Origin: an uncultured Clostridiaceae bacterium
GTDB lineage: Bacteria > Bacillota > Clostridia > TANB77 > CAG-508
Direction of reading: 5' to 3'
Length of the DNA: 32,000 bases
NCBI GenBank assembly: GCA_948469815.1
Contig: CAOKMR010000004.1
Span: 1-32,000 of the forward strand
In this document: positions 1 to 9,136 of the stretch, piece after piece
Layout: each line of letters starts with the position of its first letter
How positions within the stretch are numbered: the first letter of the stretch is position 1
Notes under the pieces: generated by a model
Seen by the model: the letters and a program-made list of their open reading frames with translations, nothing else
Told to the model about the DNA's origin: nothing
The model's database searches: none
Made by a program: the position numbers and the translations under genes

Positions 1-137
1 AAAAAATATGTAGACAAATATTTTATTTTTTGCCTACATTAATTTTACACTTACTAATTTTCATTTTATATGCAGATAACTATTATAATTTTATTTACTA
101 AATATTTGATAAAAAAAATATTAATTTTGTATTAATA

Positions 138-166
138 TTGACATATACACTTTATTTTTTTATAAT
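138..166 (+). promoter_or_regulatory. Consensus sigma-A type promoter upstream of the orphan ORF
   Basis: TTGACA at 138-143, 17-nt spacer, TATAAT at 161-166. The leader has a 7-bp hairpin (190-210), then AAGGAGG at 231-237. Confidence 0.6.
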
Positions 167-246
167 ATAATTATGTAAAGTGTAGCTATGTAACTTGAAC
201 TTTAAGTTACTTAAAATAATTCTTATATATAAGGAGGATTTTGACT

Positions 247-615
247 ATGCAACATTTTAATGATGAAATGCTTTTTAGGCGGATTACCGCAGATGAATCA
301 ACAAAAACGTTGATTCATGAATGGATGAAAAATATCCAAGTATACTACAACGTAAAATATCGTTGCTTTGCAAGAATACTTGAAGCAACTGGTATGACTG
401 GTCCATTCAATTTGACACATGAAGGTAAAACACAATCAGACACCTTTAGATGTGAATATTTCAAAGAAAGCAAAAGAACTAGTGTTTCTGTCTTCTTGCG
501 TTTCTCTGATGGTTGCGATAATTCTGGAGAGATTTGGGTTAACGACAAAGAATCTGGGACTCGTAACATTTTTATCATCAAAAAAGGCAAGATTGTTCCA
601 CGCAATGAAGCGTGA
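247..615 (+). CDS. Hypothetical protein, 122 aa, no recognisable family
   Basis: The ORF track starts at TTG 241, but ATG 247 sits 9 nt after AAGGAGG and is the likelier start. A strong promoter lies upstream and a strong terminator downstream. GC is about 35% by hand count over 360 nt, visibly above the neighbours, and four reading frames stay open across the region. Confidence 0.6.
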   Translation: MQHFNDEMLFRRITADESTKTLIHEWMKNIQVYYNVKYRCFARILEATGMTGPFNLTHEGKTQSDTFRCEYFKESKRTSVSVFLRFSDGCDNSGEIWVNDKESGTRNIFIIKKGKIVPRNEA

Positions 616-624
616 TACTAAAAC

Positions 625-662
625 AACAGACCACAAGATACAATTTTATCTTGTGGTCTGTT
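625..662. terminator. 16-bp perfect hairpin between convergent genes, likely bidirectional terminator
   Basis: aacagaccacaagata / tatcttgtggtctgtt with loop caattt. T-rich on the plus side and A-rich upstream. Confidence 0.8.
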
Positions 663-704
663 TAGTTTGTTTCCTAAAAACATTTCGATAGTATTTACAC
701 TTTA

Positions 705-1271
705 TTATTTTTTCTCTATATCATTAATAATTTCTATAACTTCTGGCAATGACTCTAATCCACTCTTCTTTCCCATATGCCCAATACCTTCTATTAACAT
801 ATCCCTTGAATTTATAGTTTTTGCAAAATCTTGTAAAATTTGAAATGGGACTATATGATCATCATTACTATAAATTGAGTATCTATCCTTAACTAGAGTA
901 ATAAACTTTTTCCTTTCTTCCATACTAATTGTTATTGGTGCTATTACTGTATTTAAATCATCTCTTCCTTCAGTAATAAAAGATTTTGCAAACCCTGCTA
1001 AACTTATATATAGTCCTACATTAAGATTATTTTTGCTAATATATTTTATAAACATTGCATTTCCAATTGAATGAGCAATTACAATTAGTTCGTTATTAAA
1101 ATATTCTTTATATTTATCAAAGACTTTAAAGAATCCATCTATTGTTATGTTTGTCTTAGTAGGAAATTCTGGAATAATTATATTATAACCATTTTCTTCT
1201 AATTTCTCTTTAAAATATGTGTAAACTTTAGGCACACCATTAAAACCATGAATTAGCATTACATTCTTCAT
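705..1271 (-). CDS. Alpha/beta serine hydrolase (YdeN / Ser_hydrolase-like), 188 aa
   Basis: N-terminal MLIHGF, nucleophile elbow AHSIGN, late D..H (NDDHIV, GIGHM). The start is refined to ATG 1271 because the track's TTG at 1289 lies inside the GAGGAGG RBS. Confidence 0.75.
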   Translation of the reverse strand: MKNVMLIHGFNGVPKVYTYFKEKLEENGYNIIIPEFPTKTNITIDGFFKVFDKYKEYFNNELIVIAHSIGNAMFIKYISKNNLNVGLYISLAGFAKSFITEGRDDLNTVIAPITISMEERKKFITLVKDRYSIYSNDDHIVPFQILQDFAKTINSRDMLIEGIGHMGKKSGLESLPEVIEIINDIEKK

Positions 1272-1447
1272 TATATTTTTCCTCCTCAATTAATTTTATT
1301 ATATTTATTATAGAAAATTGTAAACAAAATATCTACACAAAGTTTTTATCAATATTGTTCAAGAAAATATCAATATACAACCTAGTACTTTGTGATGTTT
1401 TTTATTATATTAGTAGAACATATATTCAAGCAAATTCTTCGAAGGGC

Positions 1448-1466
1448 GGGCGATTAATAATCGCCC
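1448..1466 (-). terminator. GC-rich hairpin immediately after the feoB stop
   Basis: gggcgatt-aat-aatcgccc, 8-bp stem abutting stop codon 1467-1469. The T-tract is weak. Confidence 0.45.
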
Positions 1467-3275
1467 CTACGCAGTAAATATTTGATATATAATGGTTGTA
1501 ACCATCCAAGCTAATAACATTTGAAATAATATTAATTTTATTGTAAATCTATTTGATTTTGTTTCGTTTTTGATGGTTGCCATCGTCGCAATACATGGAA
1601 CATATAATAGGCAAAATATCATTAGACATATTGCATTTAATGATGTAAATCCAACTGTATTTAGTGCTGAATATAGTTCTGTACTTTTAGAGGCTATTTC
1701 TATTCCATATAATACATTTATGCTTGATACTACTACCTCTTTTGCAGCAAGTCCTGATATTAACGCTACTGCTATTTGCCAATAACCTAGTCCTGTTGGT
1801 TTTAATATTGGTACTAATATTTTTCCAATTATTGCACCAAAACTTTCTTCTGTATTTTCTACAAAGCCTGTTGGTCCAATATTTAATACTCCCCAAAGTA
1901 TAATTGAAGCAATAAATATTATCGTCCCTGCTTTTTCTAAATAGTCTTTAACCTTGTCCCATACATATTTTCTTATAGTCGTAAAATCTGGCATTTTATA
2001 TTCTGGTAATTCTACAATTAGCTTTTCTCTCCTAGATTTTTTATCTATCTTTTGTGTTATGATTCCTATTATTATAGCAATTAAAACACCTATTAAATAC
2101 ATGCTTAATGATGCTAAAGCTCCATATTTTCCAAAAAACATTCCTGAGAATAATACATATATTGGAATTTTAGCACTACATGACATACATGGTATTAACA
2201 TTATTGTTTTTTTTCTATCTTTATCACTTTTTAATGTCCTTGTTGACATTACAGCTGGAACTGAACACCCAAATCCTAATATCATTGGAATACATGCCTT
2301 TCCAGATAAGCCTAATTTCTCCATTATTCCATTCATTATGTAAGAAGCTCTTGCCATATATCCACTATCTTCTAAAAATGCTAGGCATAAAAATAGTATA
2401 AATATATTAGGCAAAAATGTTAATATTCCCCCTACTCCTGAGATAATTCCTTCTATAATTAATGAGGTTACTGCTTTACCTGATCCTATTTCTTGTAATA
2501 TGTATAAAATTTTGTCAGAAAACATTTCTAATACTAATTCAAAATACCCTTTTATAAAATCCCCTATTGTAAATGTTAATAAGAATACTATTGCCATTAT
2601 TAGTATAAATATTGGTAAACCTAATATTTTATGTGTTAATATTTTATCTATTTTGTCTGTACTTTGTTCTCTTTCCTTTTTATTTTCTATACATTCATTA
2701 ACTATTTGTTCTATATAATCATATTTTTTTGTTATTTCCTCTTCATTGTCTATTTTTACTCTTATATTATTTTTGTTTTCTATTTGATTTAATTCTATCG
2801 CAGTTTCTAAAAGGTCATCGAGTCCACTTCTGTTTTTTGCAGATATTGGTACAATCTTTACTTTTAACATTTCTTCTAATTTTTTTATATTTATTCTCAT
2901 TCCTCTTTTTTTTACTATATCCATCATATTTAAAGCTAGAATAATAGGTTTACCTGTTTCTATTAATTGTAACGCTAAGTATAAGTTTCTTTCTAGTGAT
3001 AAAGCATCTATAATATCTATTATAATATTTGCTTGTCCTTTTTCTATATATTCTCTTGATACCTTTTCTTCTATCGAATATGAGTTTAATGAGTATATTC
3101 CTGGCAAATCTGTTACTTTAATTTCTATATCATTATAATTAAAATACTCTTCTTTCTTTTCTATTGTAACTCCTGCCCAATTTGCAACTTTTAGATTTGC
3201 TCCAGTATATGCATTAAATAAAGTTGTTTTTCCACAATTAGGATTACCTATAAAAGCAAGGTTTAAGGTTTGCAT
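1467..3275 (-). CDS. feoB: Ferrous iron transporter FeoB
   Basis: N-terminal G-domain GNPNCGKTTLFN and DLPG, followed by a polytopic membrane domain typical of FeoB. RBS AAAGGA lies inside the feoA tail. Confidence 0.95.
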   Translation of the reverse strand: MQTLNLAFIGNPNCGKTTLFNAYTGANLKVANWAGVTIEKKEEYFNYNDIEIKVTDLPGIYSLNSYSIEEKVSREYIEKGQANIIIDIIDALSLERNLYLALQLIETGKPIILALNMMDIVKKRGMRINIKKLEEMLKVKIVPISAKNRSGLDDLLETAIELNQIENKNNIRVKIDNEEEITKKYDYIEQIVNECIENKKEREQSTDKIDKILTHKILGLPIFILIMAIVFLLTFTIGDFIKGYFELVLEMFSDKILYILQEIGSGKAVTSLIIEGIISGVGGILTFLPNIFILFLCLAFLEDSGYMARASYIMNGIMEKLGLSGKACIPMILGFGCSVPAVMSTRTLKSDKDRKKTIMLIPCMSCSAKIPIYVLFSGMFFGKYGALASLSMYLIGVLIAIIIGIITQKIDKKSRREKLIVELPEYKMPDFTTIRKYVWDKVKDYLEKAGTIIFIASIILWGVLNIGPTGFVENTEESFGAIIGKILVPILKPTGLGYWQIAVALISGLAAKEVVVSSINVLYGIEIASKSTELYSALNTVGFTSLNAICLMIFCLLYVPCIATMATIKNETKSNRFTIKLILFQMLLAWMVTTIIYQIFTA

Positions 3276-3510
3276 TTTTTGATTCCTTTCTAATTTTTAT
3301 AGATTTCGAGATTTCTTTATCTATTCCTAATCTTGTTCCCCTTACTTTTATTATTATTGATCCGTTTAGTCTTTTGTTTAATATCTCTATTTTCGTTCCT
3401 CTAAGAATTCCTAATACTTGCAATCTTGTTTTTGTTGTATTGTCTGTGTTTATCTCTTCTATTATGTATTTTTCATTTGTTGTACCTTCTGATAAATTAA
3501 AAAATCCCAT
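3244..3510 (-). CDS. feoA: FeoA-family small iron transport protein
   Basis: 88-aa SH3-like FeoA pattern (RLQVLGILRGTKIEI...IKVRGTRLGI). It lies directly upstream of feoB and overlaps it by 32 nt. The RBS is weak. Confidence 0.75.
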   Translation of the reverse strand: MGFFNLSEGTTNEKYIIEEINTDNTTKTRLQVLGILRGTKIEILNKRLNGSIIIKVRGTRLGIDKEISKSIKIRKESKNANLKPCFYR

Positions 3511-3528
3511 ATTTATATATATGCCATT

Positions 3529-3543
3529 TAGAAATTATTATGA
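3529..3543 (-). promoter_or_regulatory. Possible degenerate Fur box upstream of feoA
   Basis: The minus strand reads TCATAATAATTTCTA against the 7-1-7 consensus TGATAATNATTATCA, with about 4 mismatches. Position between the greA terminator and the feoA start is appropriate. Confidence 0.25.
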
Positions 3544-3548
3544 CAAAA

Positions 3549-3568
3549 GGACACAATGTATCGTGTCC
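3549..3568 (-). terminator. greA terminator hairpin
   Basis: The minus strand reads ggacac-gatacatt-gtgtcc followed by TTTTG. Confidence 0.7.
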
Positions 3569-3581
3569 CTCTATAATTATT

Positions 3582-4064
3582 TTATTTCTTTTCAATAGAT
3601 AATACTTTATATTTTGCAGTTTCATTGTCTGGTAGTTGTACTTCTACTGTTTCATCCTTTTTTGCTCCTAATAGTGCTTTTCCTATTGGTGATTCGTTTG
3701 ATATTCTATTTAGCGATAAGTCTACTTCTGTTGAACCTACTATTGTATATTCAAATTCCTCATTAAATTCTAAGTCTTTTATTCTTACTTTATTTCCAAC
3801 TTGTACTGTCTTTGTGTCTATTTCAGATTCATTTATTATTTTTGCATATCTTAGTTTGTTTTCTAAGTCTGCTATTTTGATTTCATTTTCTGCTTGTGCA
3901 TTTTTTGCTTCATCATATTCTGAGTTTTCTGATAAGTCACCAAACCCAAGTGCAACTTTTATTCTTTCTGATATTTCACTTCTTTTTGTTGTTTTTAAAT
4001 AGTCTAATTCTTTTTCTATATTATTATATCCTTCTTGTGTTAATAATACTTCTTTGTTATCCAT
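3582..4064 (-). CDS. greA: Transcription elongation factor GreA
   Basis: N-terminal coiled-coil LTQEGYNNIEKELDYLK, acidic tip GDLSENSEYDEAK and a C-terminal FKBP-like domain. RBS AGGGAGG. Confidence 0.95.
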   Translation of the reverse strand: MDNKEVLLTQEGYNNIEKELDYLKTTKRSEISERIKVALGFGDLSENSEYDEAKNAQAENEIKIADLENKLRYAKIINESEIDTKTVQVGNKVRIKDLEFNEEFEYTIVGSTEVDLSLNRISNESPIGKALLGAKKDETVEVQLPDNETAKYKVLSIEKK

Positions 4065-4099
4065 TGTTTTTCCTCCCTAAATGTATATTGAATATAATA

Positions 4100-4915
4100 T
4101 TACGCCAAATTATATGTTTTGTCAAGTACATTTTTATATTCTTTTTCTTTAATTTTTCCATTACTTCCAATTAAGCTTTTAATGATGACTTTGCCTTTTT
4201 TTATGTCTTCTTCTATATTCTCTATTTTATCATTTCTATATAAATAACTTTCATATATCTCTGATTTTTCAAAATCTTTTGTCCAATCTAATACACTCAT
4301 TAATCGATTCTCAAAATCTATTTCATATGAATGTATATTTATTCCCGAAAATCTTTTTGAGTTTACATTTACTTTTTCCTTTAAATTAATCAATATTGCA
4401 TTATCATCTATTTTATATCTGTTCAATATTTCTTCTTCAAAATTAAAATTAAATATTACATCTACATCTTGTAATCCTTTTCTTTTATTGTTTGATATTT
4501 CTAATACTATTCCTTTATTATAGTATAAATTTTCTTCTATTATATGAAATTTTTCTCTATGGTTTGTTATTATTTTTATTTTATTACTTTTTTTAGTTAA
4601 TTCATTTATATAATAGGATATTAATTCACTATTTTCATTTGTTACAAGTGCTATTTTAAGTTCCTTTATATTTACATTCTGGCATGATGAAATATATTCT
4701 AATATTTGAATAACTAAAAATTTGAATAGCCATCTTCCATCAGAAATTGGAATTCCTATATTTTCAATTTTTTCAATCAATTCAATGTTTTGTTTTAATT
4801 CTTTACCTATTACAATACATATACAGTCTTTCTTTTTCTTTTTTATATATCTTAATAATAATCTCTGTTTTATTTTAGATTTTTTGCCTTGTCCAGATAT
4901 ATATATTGCTTTCAT
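4100..4915 (-). CDS. Hypothetical protein, 271 aa, Lys/Ile/Asn-rich
   Basis: Long ORF with an RBS, sitting 35 nt upstream of greA on the same strand. I recognise no motif. Confidence 0.6.
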   Translation of the reverse strand: MKAIYISGQGKKSKIKQRLLLRYIKKKKKDCICIVIGKELKQNIELIEKIENIGIPISDGRWLFKFLVIQILEYISSCQNVNIKELKIALVTNENSELISYYINELTKKSNKIKIITNHREKFHIIEENLYYNKGIVLEISNNKRKGLQDVDVIFNFNFEEEILNRYKIDDNAILINLKEKVNVNSKRFSGINIHSYEIDFENRLMSVLDWTKDFEKSEIYESYLYRNDKIENIEEDIKKGKVIIKSLIGSNGKIKEKEYKNVLDKTYNLA

Positions 4916-5015
4916 TTATATCACCAATTAATATATATTAAAATATTTAATATTTTAGAAGCTATTTTTTCGTAAATATTTTCATATTTTATTCAAAGCA
5001 AATAGAAAAATACTA

Positions 5016-5681
5016 TTACATTTTTCTAAATACTCCACTTACTTTTCCTAATATTTGACAGTCTGGAACTATTATTGGATCCATTGTTTCATTTTCTGGT
5101 TGTAATCTTATATGGTCTTTTTCTTTGTAAAAAGTTTTTACTGTTGCTTCATCTTCAATTAAAGCAACTACAATTTGTCCGTTTTCTGCTACATTTTGTT
5201 TTCTTACTAAGATTAAGTCTCCATCAAGTATTCCAGCTTCAATCATACTTTCTCCTCTGACTTTTAACATGAAACTTTCAGTATTTCCTACAAAGTCTAA
5301 AGGAATAGGAAATGTCTCTGTTACATTTTCTACTGCAAGTATAGGTGCTCCAGCAGTAATTTTTCCAATTACAGGTACTTCTACTAATTCTCTTCCACCA
5401 TAGAAATCTTTTGCTTCTGCTTTTTTCTTACTTATTTCCTCTCCTTTTGCATTTTTTATTAATCTTAATGTTCTTCCTTTTTTATCTTCTTTTTTTATGT
5501 ATCCTAATTCTGAAAGTCTCGCTACATAACCATGAACAGTTGCTGTTGATCTTAATCCTACTTTTTTACCTATTTCTCTTACTGAAGGTGCATAACCATT
5601 TTCTTCTATTTCCTTTTCAATATATTTTAATATAGCTTTTTCTCTTGTATTTAAGTCCTCTGGATTTTTTCTTCTTTTCAT
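5016..5681 (-). CDS. lexA: LexA SOS repressor
   Basis: N-terminal wHTH (YAPSVREIGKKVGLRSTATVHGYV), autocleavage region (KITAGAPI) and S24 peptidase Ser/Lys (VRGESM ... VKTFYKE). Confidence 0.95.
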   Translation of the reverse strand: MKRRKNPEDLNTREKAILKYIEKEIEENGYAPSVREIGKKVGLRSTATVHGYVARLSELGYIKKEDKKGRTLRLIKNAKGEEISKKKAEAKDFYGGRELVEVPVIGKITAGAPILAVENVTETFPIPLDFVGNTESFMLKVRGESMIEAGILDGDLILVRKQNVAENGQIVVALIEDEATVKTFYKEKDHIRLQPENETMDPIIVPDCQILGKVSGVFRKM

Positions 5682-5718
5682 ATTTAATCTACTCCCTTTC
5701 TTAATATGTAAAATTTAT

Positions 5719-5750
5719 TTGGAAAAGGATTATTTTTAATCCTTTTCCAA
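5719..5750 (-). promoter_or_regulatory. Perfect 12-14 bp hairpin inside the predicted lexA leader
   Basis: ttGGAAAAGGATTA-tttt-TAATCCTTTTCCaa. It lies between the predicted lexA promoter (5813-5841) and the start codon (5681). Confidence 0.5.
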
Positions 5751-5812
5751 AACTAACCCTCATTTCTAGTATTTTCTTACCGACAAACATCTTTTTCATA
5801 TTGATTGCCTTA

Positions 5813-5852
5813 ATGATAACACAAAGTTTTATATTTGTCAAACACTTTTTCG
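5813..5852 (-). promoter_or_regulatory. lexA promoter with an overlapping LexA (Cheo-type) box
   Basis: On the minus strand: TTGACA (5836-5841), 17 nt, TATCAT (5813-5818). CGAAAAAGTGTTTG (5839-5852) matches CGAAC-N4-GTTCG with 2 mismatches and overlaps the -35. Confidence 0.55.
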
Positions 5853-5886
5853 TACTTTTTTAAAAATTTTTATTATTGTATTAAAT

Positions 5887-6615
5887 CTAGTTTTTATTAA
5901 TAGTTATTATTTCATCATGTATTACTTTTATAGGATTTTTATAACATAATTCATCTATTTCATTTTCTGATAAATATTTAGATATCTTTTTTATATATTT
6001 AGCAATATTTACATATATTGTTCTTTTATTATGAACATCACTTCCTAAAAATTGTATCATTCTACTCTTTAATAATTTAATAACAGTTTTTTTCGCAGCT
6101 GTACCATAATAACCATCTATACTTGCAAAATTGGCTTGTAATAAAGCTCCTTTTCCCATAAGATTTTTTATAAATCTTATATCTTTTTGTACATAAGGAT
6201 ATCTTTCTGGATGAGCAATTATTGGTATATATCCGTTTTTTATGATATTTTCTATAATTTCACTTGAATTTTTTGTAGGTTCATTGTTTATTGAGAATTC
6301 AATTAATAAATATCTGCTATTATTTATTCTATATATCTTTTCTTCTGTTAAAAACTTACATGTTTCATTTGTCCCATATATCTCATTACCTTGATATAAA
6401 TGTATTCCAACTCTCTTAGCATCCATTTCTAGTTCTTTGATTTTTTCTTTAATATAATTAGTATCTTTTTCATAAAAACCTTTCATATAATGAGGTGTAC
6501 ATACTATTCCAGTAAATCCTGCTTTTCTTGCTTCATATAATAATGCCACGCTTTCTTCAAAACTGCTTGCTCCATCATCTGTATCAGTTAAAATATGTGC
6601 ATGTAAATCTATCAT
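5887..6615 (-). CDS. PHP-family protein-tyrosine phosphatase (CpsB/CapC/YwqE type)
   Basis: Metal-ligand motifs DLHAHIL, TDDGA, CTPH, AHPERY and GSDVH. Confidence 0.85.
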   Translation of the reverse strand: MIDLHAHILTDTDDGASSFEESVALLYEARKAGFTGIVCTPHYMKGFYEKDTNYIKEKIKELEMDAKRVGIHLYQGNEIYGTNETCKFLTEEKIYRINNSRYLLIEFSINNEPTKNSSEIIENIIKNGYIPIIAHPERYPYVQKDIRFIKNLMGKGALLQANFASIDGYYGTAAKKTVIKLLKSRMIQFLGSDVHNKRTIYVNIAKYIKKISKYLSENEIDELCYKNPIKVIHDEIITINKN

Positions 6616-6630
6616 TCAATCACCCATTTT

Positions 6631-7638
6631 TCATCCTAATTTGTTTTTTGTAAAGTTCCATGAATCCTTACACATGTCTTCTATTCCTTTTTCAGCTTTC
6701 CAACCTAATTCTTTAAATGATTTACTTGGATCTGTATAACATGTTGCAATATCACCTGGACGCTTATCTGTAATTTTATAATTAATCTTTACGTTATTTA
6801 TCTTTTCAAAATTCTTTACTACTTCTAAAACACTGTAACCTACACCTGTTCCTAAATTATAAATATATAATCCATTTTTTTCTTTTTCTAGTTTTTCCAT
6901 AGCTTTTATATGACCATTAGCCAAGTCTACAACATGTATATAATCCCTTACCCCCGTTCCATCTTTGGTATTATAATCATCTCCATATATACTCAAAGTT
7001 TCAAGTTCTCCATTAGCCACTTTTGTAATATAAGGCATTAAGTTATTTGGTATTCCTTTAGGATTTTCACCAATTAGTCCACTTTCATGTGCTCCTACTG
7101 GATTAAAATATCTTAGTATACAAATATTCCATGAGTTATCTGAATTGTATAAATCTTCTAAAATTCTTTCAATCATATATTTGCTTGTACCATAAGGATT
7201 TGTAGTTCCTCCAACTTTACATTCTTCTGTAATAGGAACTGTTTCAGGGTCTCCATATACAGTAGCAGAGGAACTAAATATAAAATTCTTTACTCCAAAT
7301 TCTTGCATAACTTCTAATACATTAATTGCTCCTCCAATATTATTATGATAATACATTAATGGTTTTGCAACAGATTCTCCAACAGCCTTAAATCCAGCAA
7401 AGTTTATTACCATTTCAATATCATTTTCTTTAAATATTTTTCGTAATTTTTCTTTATCTAAATAATTTATTTCATAAAATTTTGGACTTTTATTTGTTAA
7501 TTTCTTTATTGAATCTAAAACATCTATTTTACTGTTCGATAAATTATCTACTATAACAACATCTTTACCATATTTTAATAGTTCTACTACTGTATGACTA
7601 CCTATATAACCTGTCCCACCAGTTACTAAAATTGACAT
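6631..7638 (-). CDS. galE: UDP-glucose 4-epimerase
   Basis: GGTGYIGSH Rossmann motif, SSSATVYG, YGTSK catalytic YxxxK. Length is 335 aa. Confidence 0.95.
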   Translation of the reverse strand: MSILVTGGTGYIGSHTVVELLKYGKDVVIVDNLSNSKIDVLDSIKKLTNKSPKFYEINYLDKEKLRKIFKENDIEMVINFAGFKAVGESVAKPLMYYHNNIGGAINVLEVMQEFGVKNFIFSSSATVYGDPETVPITEECKVGGTTNPYGTSKYMIERILEDLYNSDNSWNICILRYFNPVGAHESGLIGENPKGIPNNLMPYITKVANGELETLSIYGDDYNTKDGTGVRDYIHVVDLANGHIKAMEKLEKEKNGLYIYNLGTGVGYSVLEVVKNFEKINNVKINYKITDKRPGDIATCYTDPSKSFKELGWKAEKGIEDMCKDSWNFTKNKLG

Positions 7639-7820
7639 ATTTGACTTACCCCCATTGTTTATTTTATATATTCTTATATTTTCTAAAACAAAATATCTTT
7701 ATATTCAATTTAACTTTTTATTCTAGAACTTTTTATTCTATTTTATATTTTTATCTTAATTTTTTCAAGTAGTATTTATATTATTTTTAGTTTTATATTT
7801 TAATTTGTTATAAATTTTAC

Positions 7821-7839
7821 GGACGCCCAAAGGGCGTCC
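7821..7839 (-). terminator. GC-rich hairpin downstream of the MFS gene
   Basis: ggacgccc-aaa-gggcgtcc. It is the first strong hairpin I found downstream of the co-directional string that begins at 15614. The T-tract is poor. Confidence 0.5.
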
Positions 7840-7896
7840 CTACAACTTTTCATATACAACAAAATTTAGCCAAGCATTGCTTGTCCTATAATTTTG

Positions 7897-9108
7897 TTAT
7901 TCATGTATTGGTTCTTCATTATTTTGTAAATTTGATTTTTCATTTTTCCTTAAATAAATTAAATAGTACGCTATAAATAGTTGATATATTAAAAAGACTG
8001 ATGATAATCCAAACATATATTTAAATCCCATTTTATACATTAATCCACATAAGAATATTCCAATTGATTCTCCTAAATACTTTACTATATATCTAAAATT
8101 TGTGTATGCTAATTGATATTCATTTTTAACATCATTAATATAATATCCATCACACACACCTTCATATGCTGTTGAAATTAATAAAGACCATGTTATAGCA
8201 ATCAAAGTAATCCATATATTATTTGATATAAAAGCTATTATATATAGCATAAGTCTTATTCCAAATTTAATAGTGATTGTTATATAATCATTTTTAGGCG
8301 TTAAGAATTTAAATGCTAATATTCCTATTACATCTGCTAGTAATCCAATTATTAATAAATAGTTTGTAGCACCACTATCACTAAATCCCAAATAATTTGT
8401 AAATGTTAGCATTTTTAAACCTAAGGCTGTAGACATTGATATATTCCCGATAAAAGTAAATATAATATATACCATTTGTAATTTACTTTTTAATATATAT
8501 TTAATTATTGATATTTCTGGTTCTTTCTTATCTTCTTGTGTTTTATTATCTGCTATATTAAACATTATTATTACTGAAAAAATTAAAAATATTGCAGAGA
8601 TACATAAGCATATGTTATAGTCTATTAATATACCTATAATGTTTTTACCTATTAATATTCCTCCAATTAAAATTCCTATATCCATGAATAAGTATTCTGT
8701 AAGTTTCCTTTTATTATAAATCGTATTGTTCTTTATAATAGTTGTTATTAATGGATATATACTAGTATTAATTACGTATCCTGCTAATATATCAATTGAT
8801 ATCAAAATATTTATTAATGTATAATTTCCTTTTTTGTTTAAATATAACAATGCTAATATATTTATAAATTTTATACATAAAGCACATAATACAAAATTTT
8901 TTAATCTATCTAATTTTATATATTTTCCTACTAAAAATATACCTATAACGCTCACTAATGTTCCAATACTAAGTATATTACTAATTCCTGTTACTGTAAA
9001 ATTATTATCTTGTAACCATAGTTGTCTAAAATTTTCCCATAGTCCCCTTGATATACTAAAAAATGCTAACATAATTAATATTCTATTTTCGTTTTTTATC
9101 TTTTTCAT
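7897..9108 (-). CDS. MFS-type membrane transporter, 403 aa
   Basis: About 12 hydrophobic segments split by a central charged loop (NKTQEDKKEPE). Its GGAG RBS sits in the 28-nt gap after mcrC. Confidence 0.8.
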   Translation of the reverse strand: MKKIKNENRILIMLAFFSISRGLWENFRQLWLQDNNFTVTGISNILSIGTLVSVIGIFLVGKYIKLDRLKNFVLCALCIKFINILALLYLNKKGNYTLINILISIDILAGYVINTSIYPLITTIIKNNTIYNKRKLTEYLFMDIGILIGGILIGKNIIGILIDYNICLCISAIFLIFSVIIMFNIADNKTQEDKKEPEISIIKYILKSKLQMVYIIFTFIGNISMSTALGLKMLTFTNYLGFSDSGATNYLLIIGLLADVIGILAFKFLTPKNDYITITIKFGIRLMLYIIAFISNNIWITLIAITWSLLISTAYEGVCDGYYINDVKNEYQLAYTNFRYIVKYLGESIGIFLCGLMYKMGFKYMFGLSSVFLIYQLFIAYYLIYLRKNEKSNLQNNEEPIHE

Positions 9109-9136
9109 CAGTTACTCCATTTTTATATTCTATCTT

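Noticed and set aside
345-691. Three further ORFs overlapping the 122-aa orphan gene (345-605 minus, 419-691 plus, 436-636 minus).
   Set aside because: The open frames come from the locally higher GC. Only the 247-615 frame has a promoter, an RBS and a terminator in the right places, and the 419-691 ORF would read through the terminator hairpin.
1570-2944. Plus-strand ORFs of 69-129 aa inside feoB (1570-1785, 1954-2343, 2180-2401, 2500-2718, 2729-2944).
   Set aside because: They are antisense shadows of a well-supported gene. Their products are low-complexity and rich in Phe, Ile and Leu, as expected from AT-rich antisense frames, and none has an RBS.
5784-5797. A second LexA box in the lexA leader (GAAAAAGATGTTTG).
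   Set aside because: Its half-site spacing is off by one and it has at least 4 mismatches to CGAAC-N4-GTTCG. It is kept only as a note inside the lexA finding.
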